Of a DNA stretch of 64,000 bases, positions 1 to 12,000 are shown piece by piece (position 1 is the first letter of the stretch; each line of letters starts with the position of its first letter). A program made the position numbers and the translations under genes. This DNA comes from Dehalococcoidia bacterium (GTDB taxonomy: Bacteria; Chloroflexota; Dehalococcoidia; Lucifugimonadales; GCA-2712585): the NCBI GenBank assembly GCA_965221895.1, contig CBDCSX010000002.1:2356615-2420614 (forward strand), in the 5' to 3' direction. The notes beneath the pieces are model-generated. The model did not search any database. It had not been told where the DNA came from and worked only from the letters and a program-made list of their open reading frames with translations.

Positions 1-3000
1 GGCGTCATCCGCAACCTGGGCCTGGTCAATGCCACCGTTACCGCGAAGTCGGTTGTGGGGCCGCTGGCGGGCTTGGTCGCCGGCACGGTGGAAAGCAGCT
101 ACGTCACCGGCAGCGTCACCGGCAGCGGCAATAACGTCGGCGGGCTGGTGGGCAGCGTACCCGCCGGCGGCCGGGTCCTCCGCAGCTACACAACGGCCAG
201 CGTCTCCAGCTCTGGCACTAGCGTCGGCGGACTGGCGGGCTTCCTCGGAGGAACAATTAAAGCCAGCTACGCTGCCGGCAACATCTCCGGCTCCGGCGCT
301 AGCGTCGGCGGGCTGGTGGGCGAAGTCAATAGAGGAACGGTGACGGCCAGCTACGCCCGGGGCGAAGTGCAAGGCGCCAATCTCGTAGGCGGGCTGGTCG
401 GGCGGCAGCGCGGCAGCGAGACAGTCACCAACAGCTACTGGGACGTCACCACCAGCAGCATCGCCGACGACAACGATCCGGAAACCGGCGTGGGCAAGAC
501 CACGTCCGAGCTGCAGGCGCCCACGCAGACCGACGGCTACGCGGGCATCTACGCCAACTGGAACCTCGACCTGGACGGCGATTCCAACACCGATGACGAC
601 CCTTGGGACTTCGGCACGGGCAGCGAGTACCCTGCCCTGAAGGTGGAGTGGGACGGCGACAACACGCCCAGCGCCTACGAGTTCGGACGCCAGGGCCGCT
701 CCGCGCCGGCGGCGCCGGTGCAGCCGCCGGCCAACGCCCCGCCGACCTTCAACGCCGGGTACAACGCGTCGCCCAACATTGCGGAGGGCGCAACGGCGGT
801 GGGAAGCTACGCCGCCACCGACCCGGACAGCGACTCACTGACCTACGCGGTGACCGGCACGGACGCAGGCGAATTCGCCATCTCCGGCTTGGGAGTACTG
901 ACCCTGAATAACGCGGCGAACCACGAGACGAAGGAGGACTACAGCATCAGCGTTACCGTGCACGACGGCAAGAACGCCGCCGGCTCCGCCGACACCACGG
1001 TGGACATCACCCTCGCGATCACGGTAACCGTTGACGACACGCTCGAGCCGCCAACGGTTCCCACGAGCGTCGGGATCGTCCTGGCGGTCAACGGGCTGAC
1101 GGTCTCCTGGACGGCGCCGGTGATGCCACCCACCTACCCGCCTCTCTCGGACTACGACGTGCAGCACAGGGTGCGTACCAGCGCCGACGGCGACTCCGTT
1201 ACGTGGGGCGCCTGGGTGGCCTTCGCCCACGTTGGAACCGGAACCACCGCCGCGATAACCGGCCTCGCCGCCGGGTCGACCTACGAGGTGCAGGTGCAGG
1301 CGAAGAACGCCGAGGGCAGCAGCCCATGGACGGCGGCCGTCAACGGCGTACCTGCGGCGCCGGTGGGCGTGAACGTGGACTACGACATGGACAACGACTC
1401 CTTCATCGAGGTGCGGACCCTGGCGCAGCTGAACGCCATCCGCTGGGACCTGGACGCCGACGGCGCCCCGGTGACGGCCAACGCCAACGACTACGCGCTG
1501 GCCTTCGCCGGCGCGGTGGCGGACATGGGCTGTCCCGACACCGACAGCGATGCCGCGACGCCCAACTGCCTCGGCTACGAGTTGGAGGCGGACCTGACCT
1601 TCGACGAGAACGGCGACGGCCAGATGACCGAGGCCGGCGACCCCACCTACTGGAACGGGGGGCTGGGCTGGGACCCGATCGGCGGTAACGGGAGCCCCTT
1701 CGTGGCCGGGAAGGAATTCCAGGGCAACGGCCACACCATATCCAACCTGTTTATAGACCGGCCCACTGAGAACTTTGTGGGGCTGTTCGGGAACCTCGAA
1801 GGCTCGATCAGCAAAGTGGGGCTGGAGCTCGTCAGCGTGCATGGCCAGGACAAGGTCGGCGCGCTGGTGGGGCTCAACGAGGGCGAGGTCTACTGGAGCT
1901 ACGCCGCCGGCATCCTGGTGCAGGGCAGGAACAGGGTCGGCGGGTTGGTGGGGGAGAACGGCTGGAGGGACGGCGGCAGCAGCAATGCCGGCCTCATCAG
2001 GGGCAGCTACTCCACCGTCAACGTCATCGGCAACGAAGAGGTCGGCGGTCTGACCGGCTACAACAACAGGAATAGCGAAGTCACCGCCTCCTACGCCCAG
2101 GGGGGCAGTGTCAGCGGTAGTGAAAAGGTCGGCGGGCTGGTCGGCGCCGCCTTCAGGGGCTCCATCCAGCAGAGCTACGCCGCCGCCCAGATACGCGGCG
2201 GCAAGAAGCGCTTCCACCCCCTCCAGGGCTACAACGAGGGCAATACGAACAATACGCCGGTGACCGACAGCTACGGTGACCATACCATCTTCGGCAGACT
2301 CGTCACCAATTTTGGCAAGACCACGTCCGAGTTGCGAACGCCGGCGCAGACCGGCGGCTACGCGGGCATCTACGCCAACTGGAACGTGGACGTGGACGGC
2401 GACAGCAACCCCGACGATCCGTGGGACTTTGGGACGTCCACCGAGTACCCGGCCTTGAAGGTGGACTTCAATGGAGACGGCGCCGCCACCGTGCACGAGT
2501 TCGGCAGTCAGGGCCGTTTGCCGCCGGTGGTCCAGTTCTCCAACGAGAAGCCGGCCTTCGACGACGGACAGTCCACGACGCGGACGATCGCTGAGAACGC
2601 ACTTGCGGGGGCGGCTGTGGGCGCTCCCGTGTCCGCGACGGACCCGGACAAGGACAGGCTGACCTATAGGTTGGTGGGAACCGACGGCGCGAATTTCACA
2701 ATAGATGAGACCACCGGGCAGATCAGGGTCAGGACCGTTCTCGACTACGAGACCACGACGAGCTACACCGTCATCATCGAGACGCTCGACGGCGAGGACG
2801 ATAAGGGTATCCCGGATAGCTATTTTGATGCAGGCGTGGATGACACCATCACCGTAACCATCACCGTCCTCAACGACGCCGCCGAGACGGGGTCGGGGTC
2901 GGTGGACTACGACACGGACGGAAACGGGCTGATCGAGGTCGACAGCCTGGCGAAATTGAACGCGATGCGCTGGGACATGAACGGCGACGGCGGCTTCACG

Positions 3001-6000
3001 CACGCCGATTACCTGACTGCGTTCCCCACTCCGGAGGAAGGCATGGGGTGCCCCACGGTTGACCACGACCTGGACGGCGGGGCAGCCGGCGCCGCTGCGC
3101 GGGTCGCCGCCGGCGGCGCCGACGGGTCCTACACGGCCCCCCAGTTCACGTGCAAAGGCTACGAGCTGACGGATGACCTGACCTTCGACGAGAACACCGA
3201 CGGCGCCATCACCTCCGCCGACGCCGCCTATTGGGACGGAGGGGAGGGCTGGGAGCCCATCGGCGACGACGCCAAAGAGGACGACGCCCAGCGGTACAAC
3301 GCTGTGTTCGAAGGCGGCGGCCACAGCATATCCCGCCTGTTCATCAACCGTCCGGGCAGCGATTACGCAGGGCTGTTCGGGGCCATAGGACCGCACGGCT
3401 CTATTCGAAACGTAGCGCTCCTGGACGCGGACGTAACCGGCAGGAGGTCTGTGGGCGCACTGGCGGGGATGGCCTACGGCATAACCGCAAGGGTCTACGC
3501 CACGGGCAGCGTCAGTGGGTCGAAGGCCGGTGGACTGGCGGGCGAGCTCGGGGGGTACGTCTCGACTAGCTACTCCAACGTCGCCGTATCCGGCTCCGGC
3601 AACTACGTGGGGGGGCTCGTTGGCCTCGCCCAACACGCCGCCGTCATCAAGGCAAGCTACGCCCGGGGAGCAGTGGCTGGGGGCAGCCATGACTTCGTCG
3701 GCGCGCTGGTGGGCAGCAACGACGGCAGCATCACGGCGAGCTACGCTGTAGGGCTCGTATCCGGCACTGGCGGCGACCGCGGGGGACTCGTGGGCGCCAA
3801 CAGAAGAGGCACGATTACCGACAGCTACTGGGACGTCACCACCACCGGCATCGCCGGCGACAGCGACGCCGCCACCGGCGTGGGCAAGACCACGTCCGAC
3901 CTCCAGACGCCCACCGCCTACGGCTCCGGCTCGGACATCTACGCCAACTGGAACCTCAACCTGGACGGGGACGCTAACACAGACGACGACCCGTGGGACT
4001 TCGGCACGACGAGCGAGTACCCGGTCCTCAAGGTCGACTTCGACAACGACAAGGCGCCCACGTTCGCCGAGTTCGGCGCACAGCCCCGCTCGGCCCTAAC
4101 CCCTGCCCAGGTGACCAACGGGCAGCCGGTGTTCCCCGCCATTATCGCTGCGTTCACGCCTGCTGAGGGCCAGACTGCGGCGGGGACGGTTCCGGCGGCG
4201 ACGGACCCGGATAACGACTCGCTGACCTACGAGATGATGTCGGGCGCAAGCGACGGCGATCACGCCCTCTTCAACTTCAACGCCGGCACGAGGGAGCTCA
4301 CCTTCAAGACTGCCCCGGACTACGAGTTTCCTCCGTTGGGGAAGACGACCTACACGGTCAAGATCCGGGTGCGGGACAGCAAGAACGCCGTCGGCACGGC
4401 GGACACGGCTTGGGACACCACGGCAACGGTGACGATCAACCTGCAGAAAGCGGTCGCCGGCGCCAACGGGAAGCCCGTGTTCCCGGTTATCGATGCGTTC
4501 GAGCCTGATGAGAACCAGACGGCGGTGGGGACGATTCCGCAGGCGACGGACCCGGAGAACGACTCGCTGACCTACGAGATGATGTCGGACGCAGGCGACG
4601 GCGACCACGCCCTGTTCACCTTCGTCCCGGGCACGAGGGTTCTCACCTTCAAGGCTGCCCCGAACTACGAGGCGACTCCGACGAAGACGACCTACACGGT
4701 CAAGATCCGGGTGCGGGACAGCTTGAACGCCGGGGGCACGGCGGACACTGGGTGGGACGACACCGTCACGGTGACGATCAACCTGCAGAACGTGAACGAA
4801 GCGCCGACGTTCGGGGTTGTCGGGCCGTACACGCCTGATGAGAACCAGACTGCGGTGGGGACGATTCCGGTGGCGACGGACCCGGACGCAGGCGCCACGC
4901 TGACCTACGAGATGATGATGGGCGCAGGCGACGGCGACCACGCCCTGTTCACCTTCGTCCCGGGCACGAGGGTTCTCACCTTCAAGACTGCCCCGAACTT
5001 CGAGAATCCTCCGTTGTCGAAGACGACCTACACGGTCAAGATCCGGGTGCGGGACAGCTTGAACGCCGGGGGCACGGCGGACACTGGGTGGGACGACACC
5101 GTCACGGTGACGATCAACCTGCAGAACGTGAACGAAGCGCCGACGTTCGGGGTTGTCGGGCCGTACACGCCTGATGAGAACCAGACTGCGGTGGGGACGA
5201 TTCCGGTGGCGACGGACCCGGACGCAGGCGCCACGCTGACCTACGAGATGATGATGGGCGCAGGCGACGGCGACCACGCCCTGTTCACCTTCGTCCCGGG
5301 CACGAGGGTTCTCACCTTCAAGACTGCCCCGAACTTCGAGAATCCTCCGTTGTCGAAGACGACCTACACGGTCAAGATCCGGGTGCGGGACAGCTTGAAC
5401 GCCGGGGGCACGGCGGACACTGGGTGGGACGACACCGTCACGGTGACGATCAACCTGCAGAACGTGAACGAAGCGCCGACGTTCGGGGTTGTCGGGCCGT
5501 ACACGCCTGATGAGAACCAGACTGCGGTGGGGACGATTCCGGTGGCGACGGACCCGGACGCAGGCGCCACGCTGACCTACGAGATGATGATGGGCGCAGG
5601 CGACGGCGACCACGCCCTGTTCACCTTCGTCCCGGGCACGAGGGTTCTCACCTTCAAGACTGCCCCGAACTTCGAGAATCCTCCGTTGTCGAAGACGACC
5701 TACACGGTCAAGATCCGGGTGCGGGACAGCTTGAACGCCGGGGGCACGGCGGACACTGGGTGGGACGACACCGTCACGGTGACGATCAACCTGCAGAACG
5801 TGAACGAAGCTCCGACGTTCGGGGTTGTCGGGCCGTACACGCCTGATGAGAACCAGACTGCGGTGGGGACGATTCCGGTGGCGACGGACCCGGACGCAGG
5901 CGCCACGCTGACCTACGAGATGATGATGGGCGCAGGCGACGGCGACCACGCCCTGTTCACCTTCGTCCCGGGCACGAGGGTTCTCACCTTCAAGACTGCC

Positions 6001-9000
6001 CCGAACTTCGAGAATCCTCCGTTGTCGAAGACGACCTACACGGTCAAGATCCGGGTGCGGGACAGCTTGAACGCCGGGGGCACGGCGGACACTGGGTGGG
6101 ACGACACCGTCACGGTGACGATCAACCTGCAGAACGTGAACGAAGCTCCGACGTTCGGGGTTGTCGGGCCGTACACGCCTGATGAGAACCAGACTGCGGT
6201 GGGGACGATTCCGGTGGCGACGGACCCGGACGCAGGCGCCACGCTGACCTACGAGATGATGATGGGCGCAGGCGACGGCGACCACGCCCTGTTCACCTTC
6301 GTCCCGGGCACGAGGGCGCTCACCTTCAAGAATGCCCCGAACTTCGAGGCGAAAGACAGCTACACGGTCAGCATTCAGGTGCGGGACAGCTTGAACGCCG
6401 CCGGCGTTGGGGACACGGCCTGGGACGACACGGTCGTGGTGACGATCAACCTGCAGGACGTGAACGAGGAGCCGGAGTTCATGTCGCCCGCCACCACGGA
6501 CGTGGATGGAAACCCGGTGCCGCCGGCGCCCATCGCCACGGACACGCGGAGCTTCCGCGAGGATGCGGCGGCGGACGCGGCCATCGGCGCCCCCGTCGCG
6601 GCCACGGACCCCGACACCGAAGTCGACCCCCTGGACACACTGACCTACGCCTTGGCCGCCTCCGGGGACCATGCGTCCTTCGCCATCGACACCGCCACCG
6701 GGCAGCTGAAGACCAAGGCGGGAGTAACCTACGACTACGAGGCGAAGGACACCTACACGGTCACGGTGACCGTGCATGACGGCAAGAACGCCGCCGCCGC
6801 CGTGGACGCCGCCGTGGACGCCACCATTGATGTGACCATCAACGTAACGGACGCGCTCGAACGGTGGACCCCGCCCACCAATATGCACATCGACGTGGTA
6901 ACGCTGGCCAACAGGATCAGGGTCACTTGGACGGCCCCCGCGGCGGCGGATAACACGGGCAAGCCGGCCCTCACCGGCTACAAAGTGGAGTGGAGGCAGA
7001 AGTACAGCGCCAACGCTGCCTGGGCGCCGGACTGGGTCGACTTCCCGCGCAGTGGCCTCGGCACGACCACCGATATCACCACGTACACTGTTAATGCTGC
7101 CGATGGCACGCCCACAACGCATACCGTTGCCACGGGCGGCGGGCGCATCCATGAGGTGCGGGTGTGCTCCCTGAACGAGGACGGGGCGAAGAGCGCGGAC
7201 AATCCGAAGGCGGAACAGTGCGGCAGCTGGACCGGCAACGCTCTGCCGGCCTTCACGGAAGGCACAGAGGCGTCGCGCAGCGTGGCGGAGAACACCGCCG
7301 CCAACACCGACATCGGCCTGCCCGTCGGGGCCGCGGACTCCGACGCAGGGGACACCCTGGTCTACTCGATGACCCAAGGGACACACAGCGCGAAGTTCAC
7401 GATAGACACCGCCACCGGCCAGCTGAAGACCAAGGACCCGCTGGACCACGAGACGGCGGGCTCCTACGATGTCTATGTGAAGGTGAACGACGGAAACAAC
7501 GGCATAGACGGAATCATGGTGACGATCACGGTCACCGACGTAAACGAGCCGCCGGCGTTCGACGACGGGGCCGGCCCCACAACCCGGAGCGTGAGCGAAG
7601 GCGCGGCGGCCGGGGACGCCATCGGCGACCCGGTCGAGGCGACAGACCCGGACACCAAGGCCGACCCCCTGGACACGCTGACCTACGCGCTGGACACCAC
7701 CACCGGCGACCACGCTAACTTCGAGATCGATACGGGCACGGGCCAGCTGAAGGTCAAGGACGCCCTGGACTACGAGACGAAATCCAGCTACACCGTCACC
7801 GTGCAGGTGCGGGACAGCCTGAGCGCTGCGGGCGTGGCGGACACGGTTTGGGACGACACGATCGTGGTCAACATCTCGGTCGGCGACGTGAACGAGGCGC
7901 CGGTGTTCACCGCCGGGGCGGGCCCGCTCAACCGCAGCGTGGCAGAGAACGCGGGCGCCAACGCCAACGTGGGCCTTCCCGTCCCGGCCACGGACGTGGA
8001 CGACGGAGACTCGGTCACCTTATCGATGAGCGGCACGGGCGCGAACCTCTTCAGCATCGACTCCAACGGACAGATCAAGGCTAAAGCCTCGCTGGACTAC
8101 GAAACGGCGGTCTCCTACGCGATCACCGTCACGGCCACCGACACCAGCAGCGCGACGGACACGATCCTGGTGAACATCAGTGTCACCGACGTGGACGAGC
8201 CGCCGACCGCCCCAACGGGCGTCGAGGCCGGTGGGATAGCCAACGGGCTGCGGGTCACCTGGACGGCGCCGGTAATGACGAACAAGCCGGCCCTCGAAGG
8301 CTACGACGTGGAGTACGCCCTGCGCACCGCCGTCGCCGTCGGCGCGACCCCGGCAACCTGGGGCGCCGCGACCACAAGCGCAATCGGGGTCGTGGAAGCC
8401 TACGAGATAACCGGCCTCACCCCGGACTCGACCTACCGGGTGCGGGTGCGGGCCGAGAACGGCGAGGGCAAGGGCACCTGGTCGTCGTACGTCAACGGCG
8501 TGCCCAACGAGCCGCCCCTCATCAACGCGGCCCCGTCCTTCAGCGACGGCGCCAGCACGACGCGCAGTGTGGCGGAGAACACCGCAGCCGGGACCGCCAT
8601 CGGCAATCCCCTGACGGCCACGGACGCGGACGCCGGGGACACGCTGGTGTACGCCATCGACGGCGCCACCGGCGACTACGCCCACTTCGCCATCGACACG
8701 GGCACGGGCCAGCTGAAGGCCAAAGGCGCCCTGGACTACGAGAGCGGGACGACCAGCTACTCGATCACGGTGACCGTCTCCGACGGCAGCGGCGGGGCGG
8801 ACAGCATCGACGTGACCATCACCGTCACCAACGTGAACGAGAAGCCGGCCTTCCCCGCCGGCGCCCAGACGCTCACGCCGAACGAGAACCAGACCGCCGC
8901 GGGGACCGTCACGGCCGCCACCGACCCGGAGGGCGACACGCTGACCTACCGGATGCTTCCCGACACCGGCGACGACGACTCCTTCAACTTCAACGCGGGC

Positions 9001-12000
9001 ACGAGGACGCTCACCTTCAAGACTGCCCCGGACTTCGAGGCGAAGGACACCTACACGGTCAGCATCCAGGTGAAGGACAGCAAGAACGCCGCGGGCGCGG
9101 CGTCCCTGACCTGGGACGCCACGGTCGTGGTGACCGTCGACGTCCAGGACGTGAGCGAGCGGCCGTCGGCGCCCACCGGTCTCGGGGTACTCGCGGCGGC
9201 CAACGGGCTGCGGGTCTCGTGGACGGCGCCGGACATGACGGGCAAGCCGCCCGTCACCGGCTACAAGCTGCACTACAGCCGGCGCGATTTCGCCGCGGGC
9301 CCCGGCCAGTGGGGTAACTGGGTGGACCACGCCCACGCCGGGACCGGGACCTCGACCACGATAACCGGCCTCACCGCCGGCGATACCTACCGGGTGCAGG
9401 TGCGGGCCGCCAACGACGACGGCGACGGTTCCTGGACGTCGCCTGACACCGGCGTGCCCACCGCGCCGCCCGTCAGCAATGCCGTCCCGGTCTTCACCGA
9501 CGGCGCCAGCACGACGCGCAGCGTGGCGGAGAACACCGCAGCCGGGACCAACATCGGGTTGCCCATAGCAGCCACCGACGCGGACGCTGGGGACACGCTC
9601 GTTTACGCCATCGACGCCACCACCGGCGACCACGGCCACTTCGCCATCGACTGGGCCTCCGGTCAGTTGAAGACCAAGAGCGCCCTGGACTACGAGAGCA
9701 ATAACCGCTACACCGTCGTCGTGACCGTCTCCGACGGGAACGGCGGGACGGACAGCATCACCGTGACCATCGACGTCACCGACGTCGCGAACGAGACGCC
9801 GGGAGTGGTCCCGCCGCAGGCCAACCGCGCCCCGGCCTTCGACGAGGGATCGAGCGCCAGCCGGAGCGTGGCGGAGAACACGGCGTCCGGCCAGGACATC
9901 GGTCTCCCCTTGGCGGCCACAGACCCCGACAGCGACTCGCTGAGCTACGCGCTGGGCGGAACGGACTCGGGCCACTTCGCCCTCTCCGGCAACCGGCTCC
10001 GGACCAGCGGCGCCCTGGACTACGAGGGCAAGAGCTCCTACTTGGTGACCGTGACCGTCTCCGACGGCCGCGGCGGGACGGACACCATCGCCGTGACCAT
10101 CACCGTCACCAACGTGGACGAAGCGCCGACGGTCACGCCGACGCCGGTGGCGCCCACCGGGACCCTGGCCTTCGACAAGGTGGGCGTCGCCAGACGCACG
10201 GTTGACGCCTACGCTCCCGTCGGCACGGCCGTGGGCGCCCCGGTCACGGCGACCGTCTCCGCCGGCATGGCAGGGCCCTTCTATAGCGTCTACACCAGGT
10301 CGTCGCCTTTCACCGTGGACCGGCTGACCGGTCAACTGAGGACTGCCAGGAAGCTGGGGCCCGCGGACGAGTACACCATCCAACTGCTCGCTACGGACGG
10401 AAAGGGCAGGCTCGACGTTATCGGGGTCATCATCACGGTAACCGGAGGCCGCGCCAACAGGGACCCGGTCTTCCGGGAAGGCGCCTCGGCGACCCGCAGC
10501 GTGGTGGCGGGGTCCTCGCGGGGCGTCCGCGTGGGCAGGCCCGTCACGGCTACCGACCCGGATGGCGACGCCCTCTTCTACATGGTCAGTGGAGCGGACT
10601 CCAGCCACTTCAGCATCGGCAGCGGGAGCGGCCAGATCAAAGTCGGCAGGCCCCTGACCAAGAGCTCGTATTCGTTCGAGGTGGTCGTGGGCGACCTCAA
10701 GGGCGGAGTGGACGTCCTCGACATCACCATCACCGTCACCGCCGTGGACGCGCCGCCGGTGGCGACGACGCCCACACCGACGCCAAACCGCGCGCCGTCC
10801 TTCGACGAGGGCGCCGGCGCCAGCCGCAGCGTGGCGGAGAACACGCCGGCGGGCAGGAACATCGGCCTGCCCCTGGCGGCCACCGACCCCGACAGCGACT
10901 CGCTGACCTACGCGCTGGGCGGAACGGACTCCGGCCACTTCGTTCTCTCCGGCAACCGGCTGCGCACCAGCGGGGCCCTGGACTACGAGGGGGTCAAGAA
11001 CTCCTACGCGGTGACCGTGACCGTGAGCGACGGCCGCGGCGGGACGGACACCATCGACGTGACCATCACCGTCACCAACGTGAACGAGGCGCCGGTGGTG
11101 GCCCCGCCGCCGGCCAACCGCGCGCCGTCCTTCGACGAGGGCGCCAGCGCCAGCCGCAGCGTGGCAGAGAACACGCCGGCCGGGACCGACATCGGCCTGC
11201 CCCTGGCGGCCACCGACCCCGACGGCGACTCGCTGACCTACGCGCTGAGCGGAACGGACTCCGGCCACTTCGCTCTCTCCGGCAACCAACTGCGGACCAG
11301 CGGGGACTATGCGGGGGTCAAGAGCTCCTACTCGGTCACCGTGTACGTCTCCGACGGCCGCGGCGGGACGGACAGCATCGACGTGACCGTCACCGTCATC
11401 AACGTGGACGAGGCGCCGGTGGAGCCGACGCCGCAGGCCAACCGCGCCCCGTCCTTCGACGAGGGCGCCAACACGACGCGCAGCGTGGCGGAGAACACGG
11501 AGGCCGGCCAAGACATCGGCCTCCCCCTGGCGGCCACCGATCCCGACAGCGACTCGCTGACCTACGCGCTGAGCGGCGCCGACTCCGGCCACTTCGCCCT
11601 CTCCGGCAACCGGCTCCAGACCAGCGGAGCGCTGGACTACGAGGGCCAGAACTCCTATTCGGTGACCGTGAACGTGAGCGACGGGAATGGCGGCTCGGAC
11701 ACCACCGCCGTGACCATCACCGTCACCAACGTGAACGAGCCGCCGGGCGCGCTCCCGGGCTTAGCGGTGTTTGAAGAGGTCAACGGGATACGGGTCTCCT
11801 GGTCCGCGCCGGACATGACGGGAAAGCCGCCCATCACCGGCTACGACGTACAGTACAAGTTGGTCACGGCCACTGACTGGAACAATCACTCCCACAGCGG
11901 CACAGGCACAACGATCCAGGGCCTCACCGCCGGTTCCACGTACAACGTGCGGGTGCGGGCCAAGAACGATGAGGGGCACAGCGTCTGGGCCAGCGCACAG

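Noticed and set aside
4684-6315. Regularly spaced identical repeats that could suggest a CRISPR array.
   Set aside because: The units are 336 bp and directly abutting, with no unique spacers. They lie in frame inside a coding sequence, each encoding a complete cadherin-like domain.
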